From assembly GCF_001194135.2 (NCBI RefSeq), contig NC_068985.1, positions 101,834,041-101,898,040 on the forward strand: 64,000 nucleotides of DNA, in the 5' to 3' direction. Both the position numbers and the translations under genes were made by a program. Below the pieces are notes generated by a model. That model was given only the letters and a program-made list of their open reading frames with translations, was not told the DNA's origin and searched no databases. Positions within the stretch are counted from its first letter, which is position 1. Every line of letters starts with the position of its first letter. Source of the DNA: Octopus bimaculoides. Lineage: Eukaryota. Shown in pieces: positions 26,125 through 37,312 of this stretch.

Positions 26125-29025
26125 CATCTATGTTCGAGCACCATCTGTTTTAAAACAATGAGTTATTTTTAGCATGAGATATATCGAAAAGATATCGTTA
26201 TATATTATATGTACAGCGGGGAAAGATAAAACTATTAATCAATTACGAATATCATAAGTAATTAGGGAAGTATTTAACAGGCTTACAGTTTAAGTAATTT
26301 CTTCTATTACCCCTAGACTACTGGCTTCGTTTGGGTTTTTGCATCGGTTCCTGACAATGGGAAAATAATGCTGAAGCGTTAAAGTGTACGGATGATATGG
26401 TGAAAAAATCTGTTAAGATGTGAAAAAAGATAAGAAATACGCCAGAAATATCCAGTAAAATCATAACGTGTAATTGTCGTTGGTCCTCCGTTGCAAAGTG
26501 GTAAGAACGTATTAAAAGGTGCTACTTGTATTTTATGTATTAATCATAGGAATCGTATTATGAAATCTCCTTTCAGGAAATTAATGAAGTGTTAAATAGT
26601 TATTCATGAGAGTCAATACATAAAACAGAAATGTCCAAAGTATGAAATAGCTACAAACGAGACAGGAAACTAGCTGTAATTTTATAATCACGTATATTCA
26701 CACAGTCAGTCGCACACACGCACAAAGAAACATATAAAATATTTTAGTTATAAGGAAAGTCATTACCCATAAATCTCCTAGATTGTTGGGTGGTATAGAA
26801 GGCGGTATCCACAGATCAGAGTATCTGGCATGGACGGTTGCGATGGTTTGGACTTCGTTAAAGGCAAACGGGTCAGTGTAAGAGAAATAAGCTTTTCCTC
26901 CAAAATATATATGATGGCGTGAGCATGTGTGTTTGAATGTGTTTAATTTATTGTTTGTGGGTGTGTGGGTGAACTTCTGAATTGTGACCGGATATACCAT
27001 GCTTGAAACAAGATCAGAAATGATGAGAGATTTGTTAAATGCAAAATACCAAATGCAAATCGTATCGTTAGAAGTTAAAGAACCCTGGTATCGAAGCAGT
27101 AAATAGGTGTCATTGGATACTATAGAGAAAAGTAAATAGATAATGAACCACTCACTTTTAATTATGCTTCAAACAGAATACAGATCTAATCACACGTGCC
27201 TCTTTATCAAACGAATCTGCAATACCTCTTGAAAGGTATAACGTTTTCACAACGGCCTAGTTAGCTCTTTAAGAAATGACGTAAAGAATCTAATTCAATC
27301 AACTTCATTAGATATGCAAAGAACTTAAATATACAAATTCCAAAAGTTTCTTTTCAAATTCTTAAACTTCAAGCCGATGTTGTTTCAGAAAAATATGTTT
27401 CTGTATTAAAGTGAATAATTGATCGGACAGCAAGAAGCCTGAAAGAGAATGACTGGAAAATTAGTATTAGCAGCTGTATGCAGGGAAATTGTCTGCCATT
27501 CTGGGGCTAGCTGGCAAAAATATACTGTTAATATTTAAACCATGAAAATATGTTGATCATTATAGCAATACTTGAGAAAACCACGAAAGAATATTCGGTA
27601 AAACATGGAAACGAAAATTCGAATTGTTCAAATTCAATTTCACAAGTGAAAATTCAATTGCAGTGAAAGATAGCTGAAAGGAAATTAAAAATATTAATGG
27701 TACATGTCTCATAGTGAAAGATACTTCTAAAGTAATATAACTACATATACTCAGTAAATACGATTTGCTATACTATAAAAACATGAAATTAATTTTGAAA
27801 CAGCAAAACTTTAACAATGAAATAGAAACAAGTAACAGTTTGTCAAGAAAATATACGCAACAAAATATAAGATAAATGTGTTTTCAATGAAATATAACGT
27901 CTAATAAAGATCGACACACAAAGCACCTACCATAAATTTGCACGAAGTTTTTTTTTAAAACTACTTTCATTAAAACTGAAACCGTACGAAATAATCATAT
28001 CTAGTGAGCAGACGAAAATATCATTCATTCAATGTATGATAGTTATAAGAGAGCACATAAAAATAAAAGGAAATATGATCTTATAGAGAAAAGAATAGAC
28101 TGGCTGTGTAATAAAAAAATACACATGTAGACTGAATAAATATTAAGCCATCTCATGTCAAAAAAAGTATTTTATGGATAATTTCTTGTCAGAGGTCAGC
28201 TATGAGTAGGTTCTCCCTTTGTCAACTTAAATAAAATGTAGTGAGACAGATAGCAAAATACGCAGAAGCACAAAGGTATAGGATAATCTATCATTTAAAT
28301 AGAATATTTCACCAACGATGGTTCCTGTTCAATATAGGAAATATGAAGCCTTGGCAAACCAGCACAAGACAATTTAGCGGGTGAACCAACAGAACAAATA
28401 ATTTTACAGATCAGTCAATCAATTGACATTTACAAATTTATTAAGTTGAGTTATGCGTATAAAATATTTAATAGTCTTAATACAATATGGTATTAGTACA
28501 AAAGTACTTTTTTTATCGGTTAAATTTCATTAACAATAGAATGTATTATCTACTTCAATAAATTGTTAATTTTTTTCTAAAACTGAAATACTTAAAAAAA
28601 AAAAAAACATTGTCAGTGGTAACATACCCAATGGTATACTATCATCTTAATGAATTGATGATAATGCTTAACCCATAAATAAGTCGGCTGGAAATTCAGT
28701 CATGAGTTGCCCTTACGATGCATTGGCTGATATGAAAGAAACAATTCACTAATTCTCTATCGGTAAAAACATTTGGAATGCTACTTTGAAAATGGAGACG
28801 TATAATGTTTTAAGATACGCGTTTCAAATTAAAATACTCTTTTCATATGAATTTCTTTTATGGTCCAATAATACCCACTTCAGCTCAGGCCCAAACAAAC
28901 CCGCATGCATGTATTCATGTGCAAATATAAATGCAATATTTTGCACTACTGCATATATATGTGCGTTTGTGTGTGTATATATATATTTATATGTATGTGT
29001 TTGTGTATGTATATATATATATATA

Positions 29026-29277
29026 TTCAAAATAAGCAACACGGATTTCAAAGATGATTGCAGTACGCACGTTTCATGCTACCCCATTTATTTAAGTAAT
29101 GCTCGCATTACTTAAATAAATGGGGTAGCATGAAACGTGCGTACTGCAATCATGTTTGAAATCCGTGTTGCTTCTTTTGAATTTTTGATCACCTATCCTT
29201 TTGGAATGGTTTTCGTATAATACCATACCATACGATATTCTGGTGCCTACGCATAAGTACCATATTCAATCTTGAAT
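29026..29277. mobile_element. Fold-back element, short form (same family as 13565-14330)
   Basis: 77-bp arms 29026-29102 and 29105-29181 around a 2-nt TC centre; shares arm ends and the tail ttttgatcacc.atccttttgg...gtgcctac.cataagtac.atattcaa.cttgaat with the long form; preceded by (TA)n. Confidence 0.9.
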
Positions 29278-29357
29278 CTAAATCTAAACCTTCTCTCTCT
29301 CTCTCTCTCTCNNNNNNNNNNNNNNNNNNNNNNNNNNNNNNNNNNNNNNNNNNNNNN

Positions 29358-29402
<45 letters not shown>

Positions 29403-29403
<1 letters not shown>

Positions 29404-29683
29404 AAATGGAGAGTAAAATGAATTTATTTACAGAATTGTCGATTACATAAGGGATATGATCGATTCAACGTCTACCTTAGTACATTTTACAATTAATAAT
29501 TGGTTTTATGAATTCAGGAGGTATATTTCGATTTTAACCCTGAAGAGATATTTACCTTTTGAATCCATAATGAAATTATTAATTGTAAAATTAATGAAGG
29601 TAGACATTGAAACGCTCGTAGGCCTTATGTAATCGACAGATATGTAAATAAATTGATTTTGATGTATTCAACGTCTCCATTTT
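29403..29683. mobile_element. Second, unrelated fold-back/MITE-like element (imperfect ~125-bp arms)
   Basis: aaaatggaga..aatttatttac..tgtcgattacataagg..gtctacctt..ttttacaattaataatt recurs in reverse complement at ~29548-29683; ~20-nt spacer; preceded by (TA)n. Confidence 0.75.
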
Positions 29684-29933
29684 CTTTATACTATACTACT
29701 GAAAATATGCTCGCATATTTCGAATCAGATGAAAACATCTCTAAGAACTACTGGAACACCATAATGTATACAGTACTAATAATATATATAGTCTAATAAA
29801 CACTAATACCAACACAGGGAAATAATGTCCAGTAAATTCATTGATATATGGATAAACCAGTGGACATTTAACTTAGATGTAAGACATCCATCGAAAGAGC
29901 AATCTCTTTCTTTACAAACCTAATTATAAAAGA

Positions 29934-29970
<37 letters not shown>

Positions 29971-29973
<3 letters not shown>

Positions 29974-30460
29974 TGTGTGGCAAGTAGCTTGCTTACCAAC
30001 CACATGGTTCGGGGGGATTTGGTAGACGGAAACTGAAAGAAGCCCTTAGTATATATGTATATATNNNNNNNNNNNNNNNNNNNNNNNNNNNNNNNNNNNN
30101 NNNNNNNNNNNNNNNNNNNNNNNNNNNNNNNNNNNNNNNNNNNNNNNNNNNNNNNNNNNNNNNNNNNNNNNNNNNNNNNNNNNNNNNNNNNNNNNNNNNN
30201 NNNNNNNNNNNNNNNNNNNNNNNNNNNNNNNNNNNNGTATGTGTGTGTGTGTGTGTGTGTTTGTCCTTCCCAAAACTTCGCTTGACAACTGATGCTGGTG
30301 TGTTTACGTCCCCGTAACTTAGTGGTTCGGCAAAAAGAGACCGATATAATAAGTACTAGGCTTACAAAGAATAAGTTCTGGGGTCGGTTTGCTCGACTAA
30401 AGGCGGTGCCCCATCATGGCCGCAGTCAAATGACTGAAACAAGTAAAAGAGTAAAAGAAT
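29971..30460 (+). mobile_element. tRNA-derived SINE with internal microsatellite, internally deleted head
   Basis: Head ggctgtgtggcaagtagcttgcttaccaaccacatggttc, core gatttggtagacggaaactgaaagaagccc, and 3' part gcttgacaac.gatgctggtgtgtttacgtccc...ggggtcggtttgctcgactaaaggcggtg..aagtaaaagag; the head/core matches 44165 and 55582. Confidence 0.85.
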
Positions 30461-31093
30461 ATATATGTGTGTACATACGTATATGTATGTATGTATGTAT
30501 GTGTGTGTGTATGTATGTATGTATGTGAGATCGGCGCTACTGGTAACATGTAACCCAGTATAATGTGTTGTGTGGTCGGGTCGTCGGCGATTGAATTAGC
30601 AATGTCATCAAGCTTACTTGGTGAGGAGGACGGTTGCTGAACAGCCTACAGGACGAAAAATATGACTTGTGAAAGGGTACAGAAGCTCATTGCACATCAT
30701 GCATCACTTGAAAGAAAAGTGAAGACCTATCACTAAAATGGCTGGTCTTAGCCTTCGTATTATGGGACTCTCGAACGGGTGATGGCAATACTCGAACACT
30801 AGTTTGCAGCCATCATGCAGGTGCACAGATATATTAGCACACGCATATATATTCTTTTGTTTGTGGGCGAATATATGTATATTACTTTAAATTAAATTTC
30901 CTTTGCAAGCAATACAAATAGGTTTGACAGAAAAGGCGTCTACGTCATAACTATTATCCACAAGCTGTCATTTGTATCTTCTAAGAAGATCAGTATTCTT
31001 TGATGTACAAAACAAAAAAAAATACACCGACACTTTATTCAGGTGGTTACTTTCACATTTGTAAGATAAATATTTCGCCCTTGCATATTGTGC

Positions 31094-31671
31094 ATAAATT
31101 TCCCCGTAATCTAATATCTCTCACACTACGTTTGACTAAATTTGGTTCATCTTGTAATGCGCAACCCTGAGCAGTTCGTCACTGTGAAGTGTATTTCTGT
31201 GGTAAAATAATATTTTAATCTACCTAAAAATCTTGTGAACATGTATCATTCCCCTAGAAGCATTAACACATGAAGTATGCCCTTCAAAATAATTTCAGTG
31301 TCTGCATCCCTGCAGTAACTGCGGTATCGAATCATGTCTTTGCTTCATGATATTTTGCTATAAACATCCATTAGCGTTGATGTAGCGTTTACATTTGTCT
31401 TCAGCTGAACGCCAAGAATCCATTCCGTTTCAAATGTTCAATCTAAAAGGTAACAAAATCCATTTAATGAAATGTGCTTTCTCACTTTCTCTGATAAAAT
31501 CAACTCCATACAGCTAATTTATTTAGTTTTAACTTCATAAAACTCTTCAAAGTTTCTTAAGGTGCGAACAATGTGCAACTGAAATGATGTTCGGAATCTT
31601 AGCAACAACTCAAATGAAAATAAAATTAGAGAAATCTCTCGCGTAATGAAACTTCTATTACCTTCTATCAC

Positions 31672-31735
<64 letters not shown>

Positions 31736-31774
31736 AGCATAGTGTGAGAGATATTAGATTACGGGGAAATTTAT
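31094..31774. repeat. 35-bp perfect inverted repeat pair (31094-31128 / 31740-31774)
   Basis: ataaatttccccgtaatctaatatctctcacacta versus tagtgtgagagatattagattacggggaaatttat. Confidence 0.9.
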
Positions 31775-32924
31775 TTGCTGATGATAGGAAATAGATGGCA
31801 AATGTTTTTATTTTTCATTCCCTTTCGGAATTACCCCTAATAGTAGTTTGGATTTTAAGAATTCTTTCTAGTGGGTTAGATGTCCTATTATGCCCATGTC
31901 TTATGTGTTTAAATGTACACTGTATTGATATGAATAATGTGTATTCTATTCAGTAGTTGTTTTCTTCACGCTAGAACACTGGTAGCAAAAAATTCCAAAT
32001 AATTTGTTTACTACCCTGAAATTTATTAATAATGATTTTTTGGCTAATATTGCAAGAAAATAGACATTTTTCCTATTTGCTGCCGATAAAAATCCGCGGT
32101 GGATTTGAAAAATTTTAACATGTAAGCACAGAGTTCCGAGCACGCATCGGAATGATCGGCCATAACCGGAAACACCCTGTTCCATCGTCATCTCCCAATG
32201 AGATATCCTTGCTCATCGTTGACAACGACGGGCGAACATTATTGTAGTGCATATTGTTCTATGATAAAAATACTCATCATTATGTTCTTCATCCGTATCA
32301 TTATGCCATCACCATATCGAGAGTGCACGGAATGAAACGTCACTTTGCTACAGGACGCTGGAATTGGCTCACCAGTTCATTTTCTTCAATAACAAACATG
32401 GTCTTTCAGTTAATTATACTTCAGTTAATTATACTTCAAAACAACTATCTTTCCTTCTCTTGGCACACAGACATTTGTCTTGGATTACTCTCCCTGGGGC
32501 ATCACAATACGAAAACATTTCAAAGTGACATGTTGACTGCAGTAACGGTTGGCTGCGAAATATAACTATACTACGTGACATTTTCCCATAAACATCCATT
32601 AACGTGAATGCCACATTTACGTTTCTCTTCTGCACACCGTCAAACTTCATTTCCACATCCAATTTTTCTATGTAAACCACAACAAAACCCATTTAATAAA
32701 ATATACTTTCGCCCTTTCTATGATAAAATCAAATCCAAACAAGTAATTTATTCAATATGAACTTCATAAACTTCTTCAATGCTTCGTTGGTGCGAACATT
32801 GTTGGCAATCATATGAATATAGCGAATAGAAAATGTCCTCATTTTTTCCATAAAAGAACACGCACACACACATATGTGCACACACACATATGTGCACACA
32901 CACATATGTGCACACACACACGCA

Positions 32925-33020
32925 CTCACGATTGCAAGATCGTGGGTTCGATTCCCAGACCGGGCTTTGCGTTCTGTTCCTGAGCAAAAGAACTTCAATT
33001 AACGTTGCTCTGCGATCATT
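32925..33020 (+). mobile_element. tRNA-derived SINE head fragment
   Basis: Pol III B-box ggttcgattcc at 32945-32955 followed by cagaccgggc..tgttcctgagcaa; no full cloverleaf. Confidence 0.6.
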
Positions 33021-33089
33021 TCCACGTCGAGTTATATAACTTTTTATTCAGTAGTATGAACCTGCATAACACGTAATACCGAAAGATAA

Positions 33090-33655
33090 AGAACCAGGCA
33101 GTGGCTCTCAGTGCTTCTGATCTTAATTGATTGGAAGTGTTATCATGCACGTTGTTTTGTCTCGGAATAAAAGATGAGCTACATCAAATATTCTGCTCAA
33201 TACCACAGATTTCTTTGTCATTTTTTTGCTGTTTGACCTTCACCAGTCGAGCATGTCCCTTAGTGACTGAGGATATAAGCACCTCTGATCCCGAGCAGAA
33301 GCAGTGGTGGGGGGGCATCATAGCCTTGTTTTGAGAGAAATTCTTAGGGGTTTGGAAAATTCACTTTTGGAAAAATGGCTGTTTTGTTCAACGTCCTTAA
33401 ATAGCCCTTATTCAGGGACCATTTGAGTGCGATGGGCCACCTGAAATGAAGACAATCTAACTGGTACCACCTGCAAGGCCATGCGTTGTGTATCTTCATA
33501 TGAAATCACCATATCGCGCACATATGATTGTGATGCATGTGCCTAGTGTAACCTTATCAGACGGGTGGTCATGATGGGTATACCGGGCTTCGTATAGTTT
33601 ACCCCAGTTTCACATTGATGGCAGGCACTGCTCTTTCTCTCTCATTATTATTATT

Positions 33656-33720
<65 letters not shown>
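33090..33720 (+). mobile_element. Non-coding retroposon 3' region ending in (AAT)n
   Basis: Resembles an abundant octopus repeat as I recall it; ends cactgctctttctctctc followed by an (ATT)/(AAT)n tail. Confidence 0.5.
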
Positions 33721-33721
<1 letters not shown>

Positions 33722-33722
<1 letters not shown>

Positions 33723-33990
33723 TGAGGAAGAAAAGGAGACCGACCTCAGATCAAGCTGCTTTGGCCATGTGCAAGATCAAATCAACCACGCGGGTAAAAT
33801 GTATCCCAGTAGTTATAGGTGCATTGGGAACTGACTCTAAAGTTCTTAACAGACGGATAGAGGAAATAGGGATAAAGACCAGTTTAGTACAGCTGCAGAA
33901 AACAGTGTAATTAGGGACAGCTAGGATACTTAGGAGGGTCCTTGGCACCTAAGGCTACTCTTAGTAGACCGATGTTAGGAGACTAATCTA
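33722..33990 (+). mobile_element. R4/Dong-type RLE retrotransposon 3' end
   Basis: VKCIPVVIGALGT..IEEIGIKTSLVQLQKTV*LGTARILRRVLGT matches the conserved IP(V/I)VIGALG...LQK..LLGTARILR terminus; directly after (AAT)n. Confidence 0.85.
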
Positions 33991-34047
33991 TTGTATGTAT
34001 ATGAAAATAATAATAATAACAATGATGATGACGATGATGATGCTGCT

Positions 34048-34099
<52 letters not shown>

Positions 34100-34642
34100 G
34101 TGATGTTGATCACAGATCGTGTATCATTAACCAGTTGGAAGTGATGATTTTCTTGGGGTTAAAATGTTGTAACATGGTCCTACGTAGGACTGCCCCTTTT
34201 GCGATGGCAAACAGGCTTTCGTAATAATCACGGTATTTTTTCAACAGTAACATGACAAATTTCATAATGAGTTGATAGTTATAGTATTTACTACTTCGGA
34301 ATTAATCAATAATATTATTCCAGTCAATCTGTAGCATTATTCTAGCATTATTCCTCCCTGAATTTCTATCCACTAATCTTTGCAGGACCACCAAATACAA
34401 CTAACAGCACTAATGTCAGTAATGGTTTCACGTTATAAAAGTTTCTTTTAATCTTGCGCTATTTATCTTTCCTTTGATTCTGGTGAGTTTATGCCACACT
34501 GAAGTTGCAATCAACTATCTCTTTGCTTACAAGACCGAATTACACGGTTATGAGCACCCATCGAAAATTCTTATCGTTCATTTCACGCCACATTTTAACA
34601 CTATACATTTACATCCAAACACACACTCACACACACAAACAC

Positions 34643-34693
<51 letters not shown>

Positions 34694-34772
34694 CAAACAT
34701 ATATAACAAGCACGTATTCAGACACGTGTAAATACACACACACACACATATATACATATGTGTGTGCGTGTG

Positions 34773-34803
<31 letters not shown>

Positions 34804-34952
34804 ATGTATATGTTATACATATCTAACTTCATATATAAAGAAATTCATGTGTGGGCATGAGTATATGTGTGTATATATAATACGTATATGCACATAACTA
34901 TTTACTTGCATGCACACATACATATATATCGATACATAAATGTTTATGCCTA

Positions 34953-35030
<78 letters not shown>

Positions 35031-35845
35031 TATAAGTATGCATTTACGCATATAATTTTATACATACATATTCTTACATATACTTATATATACCCTAATA
35101 TATAAATGTATAGATGTATATATATATCAATATATGCATATGTATAAAATATATATGTATACACATATATATATTCTTACATATATACATATGTAGTATA
35201 CATCTAGATATCATATTCTTCTTATCTTTCATATTCTTTACCATTCATTTACATGGACTTATCTTTATTGCATTTTATGTTCACTTTATTTATTTTATTT
35301 TCTTCACTATTCTATATTTCTGCAGTCCTCTTACTTTTCTTTTTCTTAGGATTTTGTTTATGTATTAGTTTAAACCTTCTTCTTTCTTGCAATGTTCCTA
35401 TCTGTTTTTTTTTTCTTTCTCATATTTGCACGGGAGTCATGGTTAAAGAGCTTGGTCTTTAAAATTGCATACTTTACTATTTTGTATATATTATTAATAT
35501 TTTCTTTTCCATGCAGTTATGTTAATTTCGATTTATTTTGTTCATCCTCTCCCATCCATCAGTTTTGCTCATATGCCATATTTGTTTTGTTTGGTTCGTT
35601 CATGTGTATTTAATCTCATAGCATGTTTCTATCCTCATTCTGGTTGCTTGTGTTTACATCCTCTAGAATGTCTCCTTGGTCCATCTCTCTTTTAGCATTA
35701 TCTATATTTCTCGTTTTGTAGTCATTATTGACTTTTTCACTAATGTAGTAGAAATTATCATCTATATGTTTATTATTATTATTATTATTATTATTATCAT
35801 TATTATTATTATTATTATTAGTATTACTATTATTATTATTATTAC

Positions 35846-35884
<39 letters not shown>

Positions 35885-35919
35885 TATTATTATTCATTAT
35901 TATTATTATTATTATTATT

Positions 35920-36185
35920 CAGTAGTTTTATTTTTATAACGTGCTTTCACTTCACTACCGAGCGCAGCTCTGTGCGCCTTGGGTATGTGCTGTGGTTTGC
36001 TGTGGTGCTCTTATGTTTACTGTATTGAAAGTGTTTTGCGTAGAATGTGTGCAGTACCCAGTAGTGCAATTTTCTGTATGTTATATAGTCCTGCTATTTT
36101 TGTTATGTATTTGTTATGTATTTGTCTGAATATTTTTTTATTATACCTAAGGCACCTACTATGATAGGAATTGTTTCTGTTTTTA
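35920..36185 (-). mobile_element. R4/Dong-type RLE retrotransposon 3' end plus UTR, second subfamily
   Basis: YNIQKIALLGTAHILRKTLSIQ* then a UTR ending ataaaaataaaactactg(aat)n; flanked on both sides by (AAT)n. Confidence 0.85.
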
Positions 36186-36192
36186 GATTCCA

Positions 36193-36226
<34 letters not shown>

Positions 36227-36689
36227 GTTATCATTATTATGATTATTATTAATATTATTATTGTTTTTGTTGTTGTTGCTGCTGTTGCTGCTGTTGTGAT
36301 TGTATTTGTTGTCGCTGTTTACCTTCATGTCGTTATGGTTTTTCTTGACGCATATGTTATTCTTGTTGTTGCTCTTGTTGTTGTCACTGCTGTCGTGCCT
36401 GCTGCTGTTTTTGTGGCTGCTGGTGTTGTTAATACTATCGGTGCTGATGTTGATGTTGGTGACGGCGGTACTGTTGTTGTAAGAGTTACAACCTCTTCAT
36501 ATAAACACTGTGCATCAATGTTTAGCAGAGACGTTCATGTTGCACCCTATGAAATACATACAAAAATCCCTGATAGGGTTGTGCTCCTGAGGATTATTGG
36601 CATTTCGGAATAGACTCTGCGGGTTTGGTATGTCACTCTGAGTTCCTCCTTGCACATTGGAAAAGATATCTACTGGTGATCATTCCTTT

Positions 36690-37150
36690 GTATGTGTTAT
36701 GCTAAGATCCCTGATACTTCAGTACCTAATCGTTATCCCACATACTTCATCCTTACATTTTCTCTCTTCATCCATCTTGCTTTCGCATTTAAATCTTCAG
36801 CTTTACAACAAATGTTATTCCAAAATTTCTCAACTCCGTCCTTATTCATTGAATCATTTGTTTCTATTAGCTTAGTCGCCATTTCTTTATAAATATTCTG
36901 AGCGTGTGTTTCGAAAATAGAGTTTTAACTACAGATTTTACTACCTTTTTCATATATTCTAACCCCATATTTCTTGAATTGTATACGTTTCAGAACTTCA
37001 TTGGTGGCAAGGAGGTTTTATTCATTTCTTATATTGAACGGTTTAAAAAATTAGTTTACCTGCTTTTCTATTTTACCTGGTTTTCGTTCTGTTCGAAAGG
37101 TCATTAACAAGAGACGAATCCCTTTCAATTATTTCTATTCGTTTTGTATT
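36690..37150 (-). mobile_element. R4/Dong-type ORF internal (pre-RT) fragment
   Basis: FETHAQNIYKEMATKLIETNDSMNKDGVEKFWNNIC..LNAKARWMKRE resembles the F..N.K..Y..L......P....V..FW..IW......N..A.W block preceding the RT in these elements. Confidence 0.65.
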
Positions 37151-37239
37151 TTGACTTTATACTTTGGTTGTTTTTTGTTTCCTCATTTTAATTCCTGTTC
37201 AGTTGTTCAAAGCTGTTGAGGTAGAATGCAGATGGAGTT

Positions 37240-37312
37240 ACTATAGTCAACTGTAGCCTTCCCTTGAATTTCCAGGCCTTGTGCTTATAGAATAAAGGAT
37301 TATCGTTATTAT
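37240..37312 (+). mobile_element. SINE/LINE 3' tail fragment
   Basis: ccttcccttgaatttccaggccttgtgcttatagaataaaggattat resembles the tail at 39670-39715. Confidence 0.5.

Noticed and set aside
26698-27000. 100-aa minus ORF and a possible plus-strand exon at ~26781-26877
   Set aside because: No recognisable homology; splice signals weak.
32945-32955. tRNA gene suggested by B-box motifs (also 46330 region)
   Set aside because: No cloverleaf; these are SINE heads.
34386-34482. Good-looking acceptor and donor pair
   Set aside because: Stops in all three frames; a UTR exon cannot be supported without RNA data.
36116-36613. 165-aa hydrophobic I/V/A-rich ORF resembling a membrane protein
   Set aside because: Translation of an (ATT)/(GTT)/(GCT) trinucleotide mosaic between retroposon fragments.
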